Assembly: GCA_963663405.2 (NCBI GenBank)
Contig: CAXXSM010000133.1
Span: 1 to 63,106, forward strand
Source: a bacterium
Lineage (GTDB): Bacteria > Hinthialibacterota > Hinthialibacteria > Hinthialibacterales > Hinthialibacteraceae
Direction: 5' to 3'
Length of the DNA stretch: 63,106 nucleotides
In this document: positions 40,858-50,334 of the stretch, piece after piece
Position numbering within the stretch: position 1 is the first letter of the stretch
How the letters are laid out: each line of letters begins with the position of its first letter
The notes under the pieces: model-generated
Database searches by the model: none
Told to the model about the DNA's origin: nothing
What the model saw: only the letters and a program-made list of their open reading frames with translations
Translations under genes and position numbers: made by a program

Positions 40858-41751
40858 TTACGAATCCATATCCCACCCGAATGGTTCGCCTGTGACGGGA
40901 TCGAGGCACATATAATACCGCCGGAATTCCAACCGTTTATTGGGATCGTATTTTTCCCCTTTCCGGGATGGCACGATGACAACCTGCCACACGAGTTTTG
41001 ACTTGTAGAGATCTTCCCCCACAAAACCAAAGTTAAACGGTTGAAAGATCCGGGCGGGTTTTAGAATGATTAGATGAGAATCCGAGATATGCAAATCATA
41101 TTTCTTCCTTGGAAACAAGTCATGAATCGGTTCGTTTGCGAGCCGCAGAGCGATCGCCTCCGCGTCTTCTTTTTTGATCTTCACGGTTAAATCTTTTGGA
41201 GGCGTGGATACAAAAAAGGTGTGAATCGTATGGACTTCTCCCATAGGTGTATAAAACAGTCCCACCATATCATCACGATGTGGATAACCACTTTTATCTT
41301 TACGATAAGCAGTGACCCGCCAACAGGGCATATAATTATCCCACTTTTCAAGTTGATAGGGCAATAAAGGGATATCGTGTATTTTCGATATACGATCGAG
41401 AATGGATTGAACTCGTTCTTCAATTTTGACTTGTGAAGCCCATGGAATGGCTGGATATTTACCACTTTCAAGCAATTCCCTTTCAGGCAAATCTGGTTTC
41501 TTCTTGATATAGATGTTTCTCGTGTCCGATGAAAAACAAAACAAATAGTTTTCATCATTGTGTTTGACATTACCATTATACATTACCACACCAACATTGT
41601 ATTCTTCGGTGCTGTCTAATATATAATGCTCACAGATCGCAAGGTTTGAAATCAGCGAGAAGGTTTCACAAATCCGGGGATCGATGGAATCATTCTCGAA
41701 CTGATTTGCGCTATTACTACATAGTAATACTAAAAATAGAAGAATGTTCAT
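40858..41751 (-). CDS. Hypothetical secreted protein (C-terminal PepSY-like pattern)
   Basis: Signal peptide; I.KEDA..IA and LVWQV...LDPVTGE; AT-rich. Confidence 0.6.
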   Translation of the reverse strand: MNILLFLVLLCSNSANQFENDSIDPRICETFSLISNLAICEHYILDSTEEYNVGVVMYNGNVKHNDENYLFCFSSDTRNIYIKKKPDLPERELLESGKYPAIPWASQVKIEERVQSILDRISKIHDIPLLPYQLEKWDNYMPCWRVTAYRKDKSGYPHRDDMVGLFYTPMGEVHTIHTFFVSTPPKDLTVKIKKEDAEAIALRLANEPIHDLFPRKKYDLHISDSHLIILKPARIFQPFNFGFVGEDLYKSKLVWQVVIVPSRKGEKYDPNKRLEFRRYYMCLDPVTGEPFGWDMDS

Positions 41752-41838
41752 TATCCCATATCCTGATTTACTATCAAATTCCTACTCCCCATTGTTCGAA
41801 GGAGACTTTCCGAAGCTGGTACTTGACGGAACGCAGTG

Positions 41839-42801
41839 CTAATTCCGTCCTGAATTGTATTTTTCCCTATCATCAGCCCCCTTTTTCTTCTTAATCGCTT
41901 CAAACAAAGATTCCATCTCTTGAGCCTCTTCCTTGGTTGGAAATGGTCTCAGTTTTATCGCATAAAACCGGTGATAGGGGGCATATACCAGATCGACACA
42001 TTTCTTGACTCGATTGCCGATAATAGAATTCCTTATCTCATCAGGCGCATCTTCGAAATGTTCGGGAATAGCCAGAAAATTGAGGCTGAGTTTTTCGAGT
42101 CTGGGTAAACTTTCACTGAAAATATATTGAAATTCTTCATCTTTCATTTCAACTTTTCCAACAGCGAAAAAAGGGGAATCGCACCGCCACATCATTCCTT
42201 CCATGAAATTCTCAACTTCAGATTGAATGGCAACGGTAAGTTTTGGATCGTCATTACACAACGAGATCAATCGTTCTTGCACCGTGCTTAAGATTGTCGA
42301 AATATGCCCTTTTGCTTTTTCTCGAATCTCATCATCTGGATACGAAACGCGTTTTGCCAATTTAATCCCCCGGTTTAATTGAAGCGCAATCAATTCACCC
42401 AGTTCTTCCGAAGGTGGACAGGAAGAATTGACCGCGGCTTTAAAAGCGGCGAATTTCGAAATATGAGTTTTGATGAGCTCCAGTTTTTCTTCTGTGATTG
42501 GGAAGAGATTGTCTTGACATCGCCGAATAAACGCTTGGTTCACATAATCAATGTTGGAGATATCCCACTCATTTTTTAGCAGGTTCACCATCTCCACCTT
42601 GGCGCCTCTCCCTCGAAGCATGAAGTGTGACACCGTATCATTTGCGATATCACGATCTCCAGACAAAATACCGGCGTCAACGATATCAACTAATTCATTA
42701 ATCGTCTCCAATTGACTTTTATCTTGCGCATTTGCTGAAGATAAGGATAAGGTTAGAATTACGACAATCAATAATAAGATAGCATTATAGTATTTTGTCG
42801 T
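41839..42801 (-). CDS. Hypothetical secreted helical protein
   Basis: ORF of at least 310 aa with signal peptide (..SSANA-Q). RBS AAGGAG lies 6 nt before an in-frame ACG at 42801. Confidence 0.6.
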   Translation of the reverse strand, partial: TTKYYNAILLLIVVILTLSLSSANAQDKSQLETINELVDIVDAGILSGDRDIANDTVSHFMLRGRGAKVEMVNLLKNEWDISNIDYVNQAFIRRCQDNLFPITEEKLELIKTHISKFAAFKAAVNSSCPPSEELGELIALQLNRGIKLAKRVSYPDDEIREKAKGHISTILSTVQERLISLCNDDPKLTVAIQSEVENFMEGMMWRCDSPFFAVGKVEMKDEEFQYIFSESLPRLEKLSLNFLAIPEHFEDAPDEIRNSIIGNRVKKCVDLVYAPYHRFYAIKLRPFPTKEEAQEMESLFEAIKKKKGADDREKYNSGRN

Positions 42802-43030
42802 GATACACTCCTTCGATACATATTTTACATGTACTGTATAGCAAATAATCGAAGGTGTCAGGGAATAATTTGAAAAATTTTATGCATTATCTTTAATATA
42901 ACTTCTAAATATTCATAGAAAATTTCGTAACATGAGAAAAACAAGCCTGTTTGCTGGTGTTCTTTCTTATGTTAATTGAGGTGTTTTACGAATGGAATTG
43001 GAATGGGTTAAGTCAGGAGGGTGTGTGATC

Positions 43031-43377
43031 GTCCGAAGCAGGATATTAAGGATTCATTGATTTCCATGATTAACTGATGTTATGCAGATTCGACAAATAA
43101 TCCATTCATTTACAGAGAAAATTGATGGATTTATCTTTCTTTGTCTGAATCTGGATATCCAGGATGATTAGGATTTTCAGGATAGGAATCATCAGAGTGG
43201 AAACCATCAGCGGATGGCAATATCAATTAATCAAGTGAAAAAAATCCTGAACATCCTTTAATATTAGCCATCTTGATTCAGACGAAAACAACCTTTAGAA
43301 CAATCTCTATTGGTAGATTTGCGTAACATCAGTGATTAATATCAAGAAAATAAAGCCAATCAGGAAAATCAAAGTTG
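43031..43377. repeat. Outer 9-bp-period palindromic element containing a nested inner element
   Basis: GAT-periodic left arm 43031-43072, inverted repeat 43073-43099/43308-43333, ATCA-periodic right arm 43341-43376. Confidence 0.65.
43141..43285. repeat. 145-bp MITE-like element, diverged copy of 13149-13295
   Basis: TTGTCTGAATCTGGAT...ATCTTGATTCAGACGA; same arm periodicity and a homologous spacer (ATGGCAATATCA). Confidence 0.85.
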
Positions 43378-43385
43378 ATAAATTC

Positions 43386-44192
43386 CTACCGGTACGCCAA
43401 ATGGCACATTGCCCGGAATGCGTCGATAATCACTAAATAATCTTCATGAATGTATTCAAGCGTATATGCGTCCACCCGATGCGCCAGCGGGACAATCGAC
43501 GCTTCATCCGCTTCCCGTGTGGAGTGAAATTCAACCATGAGTGTGACGGGCGCGTCAAATTTGAGAACTTTTCCTTTCCGTTTCATCGCCATCCGGGCGG
43601 CTTCCCGGATTTGGGGATGGGTGACGGCAGGTGGGGCTGAGATCGCGGCCTGGCGGGACACCGCCGTCTTCACCGGCGCCGTTTCGATATCCCCGAACCA
43701 CTCATGCGCTAATTCACAGGCGGTTCGATCGCCCGTCACCAGTTTCACGGGTACCCCATAATACCCCGCCACGGCGCCGAAAATCGCGAACTCCGGCGTC
43801 TCCTGTTCATTGATCCAAACCCGGTGTGTTCGGGAAGAATAGGTATGATCCAGCACACTCGCCAGTGTGCCCGCCGGGGAATGATACCCCACTAAAAATA
43901 CACCATCAAAACTGGAGTCAATCCCTTCCATCATACTGAGCCGTTTACTGGAACCGCTTAGCAGCTTCGCCTTGGGATGTAAGTGTTCGATCAGGATATT
44001 GCGCATACAATCATGCGAATCATTCACGAGAACTTCCGTCGCTCCCCCCTCCAACGCTCCTTCCACAGCGGCGTTCACCTCGTCTGTCATAATCCGCCGG
44101 AACCGGTCATAATCATGCTTCCCCATCTCCGTCTCATCCCACGTCACAACCCCCGTAATCCCTTCCATATCAGCGGATATATAAATTTTCAT
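43386..44192 (-). CDS. dppA: D-aminopeptidase, peptidase family M55
   Basis: MKIYISADMEGITGV, NDSH, VGYH, LDHT, VTGD. Confidence 0.92.
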   Translation of the reverse strand: MKIYISADMEGITGVVTWDETEMGKHDYDRFRRIMTDEVNAAVEGALEGGATEVLVNDSHDCMRNILIEHLHPKAKLLSGSSKRLSMMEGIDSSFDGVFLVGYHSPAGTLASVLDHTYSSRTHRVWINEQETPEFAIFGAVAGYYGVPVKLVTGDRTACELAHEWFGDIETAPVKTAVSRQAAISAPPAVTHPQIREAARMAMKRKGKVLKFDAPVTLMVEFHSTREADEASIVPLAHRVDAYTLEYIHEDYLVIIDAFRAMCHLAYR

Positions 44193-44251
44193 GATGAATC
44201 ATCCTCTCTCAATTCATGTTATACAGCGTTAAACAGTATCTACTTATTAGA

Positions 44252-44695
44252 TTAACCACTGGTTCCAGCATGTTTGTAATCAAGGAGCCCGGTGTGATAA
44301 ATAAGTTTCCATTCATGGCCAATCTTTGTGTATCCCTTGCAGGCTCTTCCTATCCAATGAAAATCCTCCCCTGTTTTTTTGTGGCGCCAGAGTGTATCGA
44401 CATCGACGACCGCGAAAGCTCCATCCCCTTGCGTGGAAACGGTTATTTTCACGGTATGACGCCGATTGTGTATCAATTCATAGGTCTGGAAAAGCTCTTC
44501 CCAACCCTGTTTCCACCGCTGACGATCGTAGCGTCCAAGCGGGAAGATCCATTCAACAGGATCATGCGAATGAGGATCTGGTGGCCAAGGCCACACCATG
44601 TCAGGATGAAAGATAGAAACGAGCGCCTCCGTATCTTGTGTATCCCAAGCTCGCGTCTCGCGATCGACCATTTCTTGGATTTGCTGTTCAATCAT
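44252..44695 (-). CDS. NTF2/SnoaL-like domain protein
   Basis: AWDTQD.EAL.SIFHPD, C-terminal WKLIYHT. Confidence 0.7.
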   Translation of the reverse strand: MIEQQIQEMVDRETRAWDTQDTEALVSIFHPDMVWPWPPDPHSHDPVEWIFPLGRYDRQRWKQGWEELFQTYELIHNRRHTVKITVSTQGDGAFAVVDVDTLWRHKKTGEDFHWIGRACKGYTKIGHEWKLIYHTGLLDYKHAGTSG

Positions 44696-44784
44696 TGTAT
44701 CCCCATATCTCGGATCAATCTGGCTAACGCGCAACATCATTTGATCGTGCTTCAGAATTCACTAGACTCACTTATTAAAGGATT

Positions 44785-45222
44785 CTAAATCTTTCCGGCG
44801 CATTTCTCATACCACGCATACCCGCAGGAGATGCATTCTGGCTTGTGGACACATAACAGATGTCCACATTCAGGACATATCCACTTCTCTTTTTGGTTTC
44901 TCACGAAACGTCTGATGCCAAGTTCTTGAATTTCATTTAGATTTCCGATCACGCTCATGCCGTATCTTGACCGGTATCGTTTATCCATATGACGGAGACG
45001 TTTACAAGGGTATTGGCTGCAGGCGAAACAATACTTAAAATTCCCCCGCTTTGCTTCCTCACACGTTTTGATTTTACAGGTAACGCAATATTCGTGCTTC
45101 AGGCGATCGTCCCCCCGGCAGCCTGGGCAGATGTTCTTATCACGAATAAATGCCCGACAAAGGCGGCAGTTCATCCCGCAAGGGGCGATGAGTTTCGTGG
45201 GCATTGAGATCGGTTTCTTCAT
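44785..45222 (-). CDS. DUF3795-family Cys-rich protein
   Basis: IAPCGMNC..C, CPGC, C.IK.C, C..C..YPC, C-terminal CPECG...C..CG. Confidence 0.8.
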   Translation of the reverse strand: MKKPISMPTKLIAPCGMNCRLCRAFIRDKNICPGCRGDDRLKHEYCVTCKIKTCEEAKRGNFKYCFACSQYPCKRLRHMDKRYRSRYGMSVIGNLNEIQELGIRRFVRNQKEKWICPECGHLLCVHKPECISCGYAWYEKCAGKI

Positions 45223-45387
45223 TTTTTTTATGATTAACAATGGAATAAAAAAAAATCCAACGTACTCTAATAATCCCACCTATCCACTCACTAAATGAGT
45301 CTTCCTATTTTTCATCAAATCCTAAATTGACTCAACTCCCTATTCGAATTAAAGTAAATACTTCAAAACGTCTCTGCTAAATGGAGA

Positions 45388-46068
45388 GTGGGCATGTTTG
45401 ATGAATTAAAAGATTATTTAATCAGCATCGTATTCACCATCATCGGCGCGTCGATTTCCGGTCTCTATATTTATTTTAAGAATCGCAGGCAATGGTTTCT
45501 CCGTGAATCGTATCAGATCATCCACGCGTCATTGAATACAATTATCTCGAAATCCACCGCTGGAGAGGATCAGCCCTTTCTCACTCTCGACACCATTTTT
45601 GAAGAACCCGCGGAGAAGATTATTCCCAATCCATACGCGGTCAAATTGATCCAATCCGCCGCATCAAAAACGACGCCTGAAGATCCTTTTATATACATAA
45701 AAAATGAAGATGACCGGTGGCTGGTGCTGAATCAATTACGGCTGGCGATCGCTGAAACAAACCATCCCGGCACGTGGCAAAAAGCAATGGGGCGTGAGAT
45801 CGAACAAAAAGCGTTCTGGATCTCCCTCACCTACGAGCGGACGGAAAACATCCGGCAGCGGAAATTCCGCATCATGGTAATCAGTGAGGAAATACTCCGA
45901 AATCCAGGCGTATTCACCCAGCAAATCCATTTTGAAGTTCCCTGGCACCAAGATCGGTTGATTGTTTTAAGAAAGATGCAAGAAGAAGTAAATAAATTTT
46001 ACGCTGAGAATCAATCTCACGACAAAGATATGACGAAACATTGCATGTTGATGAGAATTAATGGCTAA
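45388..46068 (+). CDS. Hypothetical protein with N-terminal membrane anchor
   Basis: 226-aa ORF, one TM, GGAG RBS. Confidence 0.6.
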   Translation: MGMFDELKDYLISIVFTIIGASISGLYIYFKNRRQWFLRESYQIIHASLNTIISKSTAGEDQPFLTLDTIFEEPAEKIIPNPYAVKLIQSAASKTTPEDPFIYIKNEDDRWLVLNQLRLAIAETNHPGTWQKAMGREIEQKAFWISLTYERTENIRQRKFRIMVISEEILRNPGVFTQQIHFEVPWHQDRLIVLRKMQEEVNKFYAENQSHDKDMTKHCMLMRING

Positions 46069-46083
46069 GACGTTACATCTAAA

Positions 46084-46120
46084 CAAAAAAATCCCCCTGG
46101 CGGAGGGTGTACCAGAGGGG
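46084..46120 (-). terminator. Rho-independent terminator (minus strand)
   Basis: CCCCTCTGG-loop-CCAGGGGG followed by ATTTTTTT. Confidence 0.7.
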
Positions 46121-46562
46121 AACGGTTCGGGAGGAACCGTAGCAGTTGGGAATGTGTGGTGTAAATCTGTGGAGGGAGGTAATGATGCTTTATAATCTCC
46201 TTATTTTTGTTTTCTGTTTGATAAACGTTTCAGATTCGTTTCGGTAACTCCTTCTTAATAAATGAACGATCATATTTGAAAATTAGGTTACGTATTTAAA
46301 TAAAAAATTAATTATTACTATATATCCTTCTCTCTTTGAAATCTTCCCTTTTTGTCTAATAACGTTTCGATCAAACTTTCTATTCCTTAGTTTATACAAT
46401 AGAACGGAAAAAAAACTCATAAGTAATTAGGTAAATTGTAATAAGTTGTAAACATAGGCATAAAAAGGTTCAAGAAATCATAGGTCATCTTGAAAACAGT
46501 CCACTACTGGTATTTTCCATGCGTGGGGAAAATAGCCAAAATAGCGAAAATGGTGTCATGGA

Positions 46563-47210
46563 TCAAGAAAAACGTAAGGAAGGGATGGTTTTCTGGATTT
46601 GATTCATGAGCGATTTCAATAATGTGTCTATGTCATCTTCTCCATTCAAGATACAGTCCGCGAGTTTTTTGGATGGTTCGATGTATTGGCGCCGCATAGG
46701 GCGGACAGTGGTTTGATATTGCTGCGCGATGGAATGGAAGGTTCTTCCCCGTTCGGTGAGATCGCGTTGGATCCGGCGCAGGAGGCAGATATCATCCGGC
46801 GCATGAAGGTATACCGCCAGATCGAGAATTTCGACGATTTTTGGAAAGGCGAACAACAGAGCGCCTTCCACCAGGATGATCGTATTGGGATTGATGATTG
46901 TAACTCCACTCCGGGTATGTGTTTTGAAATCATAGACTGGCGCCTCGACTGTTTCGAATTGACGAATCTGTTGGAGGTGAGAGAGATACAGTTCGGAATC
47001 CAACGCGGATGGGCAATCGAAGTTACTACACGCCCGTTCCTCCAGAGGCAAATGCGATAAATCCCGGTAGTACCAGTCCAAAGGGAAAAGAGTAACTGGA
47101 AACGGGCATTGTTTTGAGAACGCCTCTGCCAGCGCGCTCTTTCCACTGCCGCTACCCCCGGCGATTCCCACGATGGGGATATGTTCACCATGTAGTTTGG
47201 ACGATGGCAT
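46563..47210 (-). CDS. udk: Uridine kinase
   Basis: GIAGGSGSGKS, DWYYRD, NFD.P.A.D, PVYDF..HTR, RRIQRD..ERGR, VRPM...IEPSK..AD. Confidence 0.92.
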   Translation of the reverse strand: MPSSKLHGEHIPIVGIAGGSGSGKSALAEAFSKQCPFPVTLFPLDWYYRDLSHLPLEERACSNFDCPSALDSELYLSHLQQIRQFETVEAPVYDFKTHTRSGVTIINPNTIILVEGALLFAFPKIVEILDLAVYLHAPDDICLLRRIQRDLTERGRTFHSIAQQYQTTVRPMRRQYIEPSKKLADCILNGEDDIDTLLKSLMNQIQKTIPSLRFS

Positions 47211-47290
47211 GATTAGAAATCCTTTGGAATTGATGTATTGAAAAAGAGTGTATGAATTCCGAATGGATTCTGGAAGTAGAGGGGAATGTT

Positions 47291-47758
47291 TTAAACGGTT
47301 TCGGTTGTCGTAATTGTAATCCGTTTCATGAGGGAGAGTTTATTGCCTGATCCGGGTTCATGAACGTATTCGACTTCATCCATGAATGTCTTAATGATTT
47401 GCAGGCCATAGCCGCGTTTTTTAGTCCGGTCGGTATCATCGGAAAGAGGACCGGCTTTTTGCAGGGAATGGGTAAAATCTTTCCCGCAATCAATAATCGT
47501 CACATGCAGAGATTCCGGTTGCACTTTGATTTCCAGGCGAATTTTCTCGGCGGGATTCTCACTTCCAATTTCCTGGACGGCTTGGATGGAATTGGCGCAG
47601 GCTTCATCCACACAAAGGACGAGTTGCAGGGTATCTTCCTTCGATAAACCAAGATTTTCGGCCAAAGCATTGACCATCTGGCGAACGAGAACCAGTAGCT
47701 GATGCTTCGGGCAGATTTCAACGGCGATATCGGGGTGAATCCCTGAGCAATGATTCAT
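47291..47758 (-). CDS. RsbW-like anti-sigma factor Ser kinase
   Basis: LCVDEACANSI, IIDCG, RGYGL.II..FMDEV.Y. Confidence 0.85.
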   Translation of the reverse strand: MNHCSGIHPDIAVEICPKHQLLVLVRQMVNALAENLGLSKEDTLQLVLCVDEACANSIQAVQEIGSENPAEKIRLEIKVQPESLHVTIIDCGKDFTHSLQKAGPLSDDTDRTKKRGYGLQIIKTFMDEVEYVHEPGSGNKLSLMKRITITTTETV

Positions 47759-47860
47759 GTAATCATATATTCCTTTTCGCCCTTCGTTCCTATTGCGGAT
47801 GAGAACCGCTATCGAACCCGTTCTTAAGGTTTGAGGGCGTATCGATTGGAATGGGTAACG

Positions 47861-48289
47861 TTAATAACTATCTTCCGCGTTCGCCTCTCCTTCCGGTTCA
47901 ACCGGAACGTTTCGTTCCTCGAGAAACGCCTGTTTGGCTTCATCCATTGTATCGTAAATCCGGATTAACCGGGAAAATCCTAACATATCAAAAAGGTTAC
48001 GGATTTTGGAGGACATATTAACGAGCTTCAAGTCCCCATGATTCTGGCGGACCTGCTGAAGCATCCCCATCAACACGCCCAGCCCGGCGCTGCTGATATA
48101 ATCAAGTTCTCCAAATTCCACAAGGATGCGGTATTCATCATTAGAGATCAGGGATTCGAGATGATCTGAGAGTTCAGGAAACGTGCTGGAATCCAGATAC
48201 CCTTTCACACGAACAATTTGGATCGATAAATCATCCACTTGTTCGACCGCCGATTCGATATTAAATTTCTTCCACATGGGATGCTCCAT
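47861..48289 (-). CDS. STAS-domain anti-sigma factor antagonist (RsbV/SpoIIAA-like)
   Basis: VKGYLD, LDYISSAGLGVL (phospho-Ser), LFDMLGF. Confidence 0.88.
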   Translation of the reverse strand: MEHPMWKKFNIESAVEQVDDLSIQIVRVKGYLDSSTFPELSDHLESLISNDEYRILVEFGELDYISSAGLGVLMGMLQQVRQNHGDLKLVNMSSKIRNLFDMLGFSRLIRIYDTMDEAKQAFLEERNVPVEPEGEANAEDSY

Positions 48290-48394
48290 ACTTCCAAAAT
48301 CACGGGCGCATTATTTTAACCCGAAATTGTGTCCTTAATTCTTCCAAGTGTACGACGTTTTTAACTGATTTCCAATAGGGTATTACAAAAATGT

Positions 48395-49273
48395 TTACAT
48401 AAAATCGATACCATACACTGCGCTGGATCGAATTTCATTTTGCCCCGCGCGGCATACAGCGTATTGAAATCCTTCTTTGACACTGGCGGCGCCGGTTGCG
48501 CCATCCGCGTTCAATGCAATATAAGCGAATTGAAAATCGATCGCAGGTTGGTTGCGTTCGACCATTCGGGTGATTAATTTCTCACAGGCTTTTTGCGGGG
48601 AAAGTCCATTCCGCATGAATTCAACGATCGCGAACGCGCCGCAGACTTCAATCGCTCGTTCGCCCGTTCCTGTGCCGGTCGCGCCGCCGATTTTTCCATC
48701 CAGATACAGACCCGCGCCGATCAACGGCGAGTCGCCCACGCGCCCGTTCCACTTCATCGACATTCCACTGGTCGCGCAGGCGACAGCCATATCGCCCTGC
48801 GCGTCTTGGGAGAGAACGCCGATTGTGTCGTGACCGCCGGGGGATTGTTCTTTCTTTTTCAACTGATCGGCGTACCAGGCGGCGCTTTGCGCGGTGAGTG
48901 TGTTTTCTTCCTTAAAGCCGTGTTTCATCGCGAATTCTCTCGCGCCGTCTCCTACGACGAAAATGTGTGGTTCTTCTTCCATCACTTTCCGGGCGATCGA
49001 GATCGCGGAGCGAAAGCCTTCCAAGGCGGCGACGGCGCCCATTTTGCCTGTTTTCCCATCAATGATCGCCGCGTCCAATTGGACGATTCCATGTTCATTT
49101 GGATAACCGCCGTATCCCACGCTTGTATTGTCCGGATCGAGTTCGGTTACGCGGGCCGCGATTTCAACCGCGTCCAGCGCGGTTCCATCGTTTGAGAGCG
49201 CGTCCCATCCGGCTTGATTGGCTTTAGCGCCGAACGACCAAGTCGAGAGAATGATCGGCGATTGATTGGGCAT
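48395..49273 (-). CDS. N4-(beta-N-acetylglucosaminyl)-L-asparaginase (Ntn hydrolase)
   Basis: STW.FG, SVGYGG.P, HD/TIG autocleavage site, TSG...K..GRVGDSP, TG.GE. Confidence 0.9.
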   Translation of the reverse strand: MPNQSPIILSTWSFGAKANQAGWDALSNDGTALDAVEIAARVTELDPDNTSVGYGGYPNEHGIVQLDAAIIDGKTGKMGAVAALEGFRSAISIARKVMEEEPHIFVVGDGAREFAMKHGFKEENTLTAQSAAWYADQLKKKEQSPGGHDTIGVLSQDAQGDMAVACATSGMSMKWNGRVGDSPLIGAGLYLDGKIGGATGTGTGERAIEVCGAFAIVEFMRNGLSPQKACEKLITRMVERNQPAIDFQFAYIALNADGATGAASVKEGFQYAVCRAGQNEIRSSAVYGIDFM

Positions 49274-49634
49274 CTCTTTTTCAACTCACAATAAAAGAAA
49301 AAGGCAATATCGATTCTATCAAGAACAATCCACAAACGTATCTTAAGTATATTTATTAATAATCCGGACAGCCATGAGGACTTGTTTATTTGAAAGAGTT
49401 TCCAATTACCTAAAAATTGAATGTATTTATTTCTATTTACATTCTCTTTATGATATTTTTTGTTTGAAAAGTATAAAGGGGGCCGTTCGTATGTTTGTTA
49501 TAAGAAAATGAGTTTCAGAGACTTGATCGTAATCGATTTTCCCCGCAACTCATTTTCGTTTGTAGGTTGTGGTCTCGATCGTGGTGGTTAATAGGATTGA
49601 GGGAGGATTCTGGAATTGAGATAAAGTTTTTTTT

Positions 49635-49940
49635 TTACGAACCAAATTGTTCGCTGGACGCATTTGATTGAAGGCGCAGCTGGAGGAACGATTTTCGTTC
49701 CTCTTCAAGGCGTTTTTGATATTGGATAATTTCTTCTGAGATGATTTCCATCATGGCGTAATCGCGGTTTTGGATGTTGGTCATTTTAACATCGTCTAAA
49801 ACCATAAGCATCGCTTCGAGAAACTCTATGCGGTCAATTATTTTTTTCTCTTTCCCGCTCCATTTGGCGCCGATCGTTTCCAGCCGGTCGCTGTAACGAT
49901 CGGTTTTATTCGAAACGGGTATGGAAACAACATGTCCCAT
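49635..49940 (-). CDS. Small hypothetical coiled-coil protein
   Basis: GGAGG RBS 6 nt before ATG 49940; helical sequence. Confidence 0.55.
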   Translation of the reverse strand: MGHVVSIPVSNKTDRYSDRLETIGAKWSGKEKKIIDRIEFLEAMLMVLDDVKMTNIQNRDYAMMEIISEEIIQYQKRLEEERKSFLQLRLQSNASSEQFGS

Positions 49941-50183
49941 TATAGTCCTCCAATAATAAGGTTGTGATAAAGCGAAGCAATCCATATGCCATTAACTTAA
50001 CTTTAGAATTAACAGATAGTTAAGGCATTGTATCTACGATATGCGAGGGGTAACTTCGTCCGATAGCCAGTGTGATGTCAGCAGAAATTGCCGGATTGAT
50101 TCAAGGGAGTTTTAAAAAGAATCCGTTGATGTTAATTGAAAAAAATCTATCTTTCAGCTTAAATAGGGAATGATTCGTGAATT

Positions 50184-50212
50184 TGGCGCCTCATAAAGAC
50201 GCGACCCACCCT
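50184..50212 (-). repeat. REP-like family A partial copy
   Basis: TGGCGCCTCATAAAGACGCGACCCACCCT. Confidence 0.7.
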
Positions 50213-50334
50213 TGGCTTTTTGAAATCCGATAATTTTAATTAAAAAATGCCATTTCTTTAGCTTCAATAGAAAGGTTAATAGGATCATGATAGTAATAGG
50301 TTCCACGATTTAACGATATAAAGGAGAGAAAAGA

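Noticed and set aside
49503-49557. GAAAATGAGTT...AACTCATTTTC inverted repeat
   Set aside because: Single copy with a long loop; possibly a terminator or operator, but not assignable.
49985-50110. Possible riboswitch (GATAGCCAG resembles part of c-di-GMP-I)
   Set aside because: The GGCAAAC/GCAAA core is missing and it faces away from the adjacent minus-strand gene.
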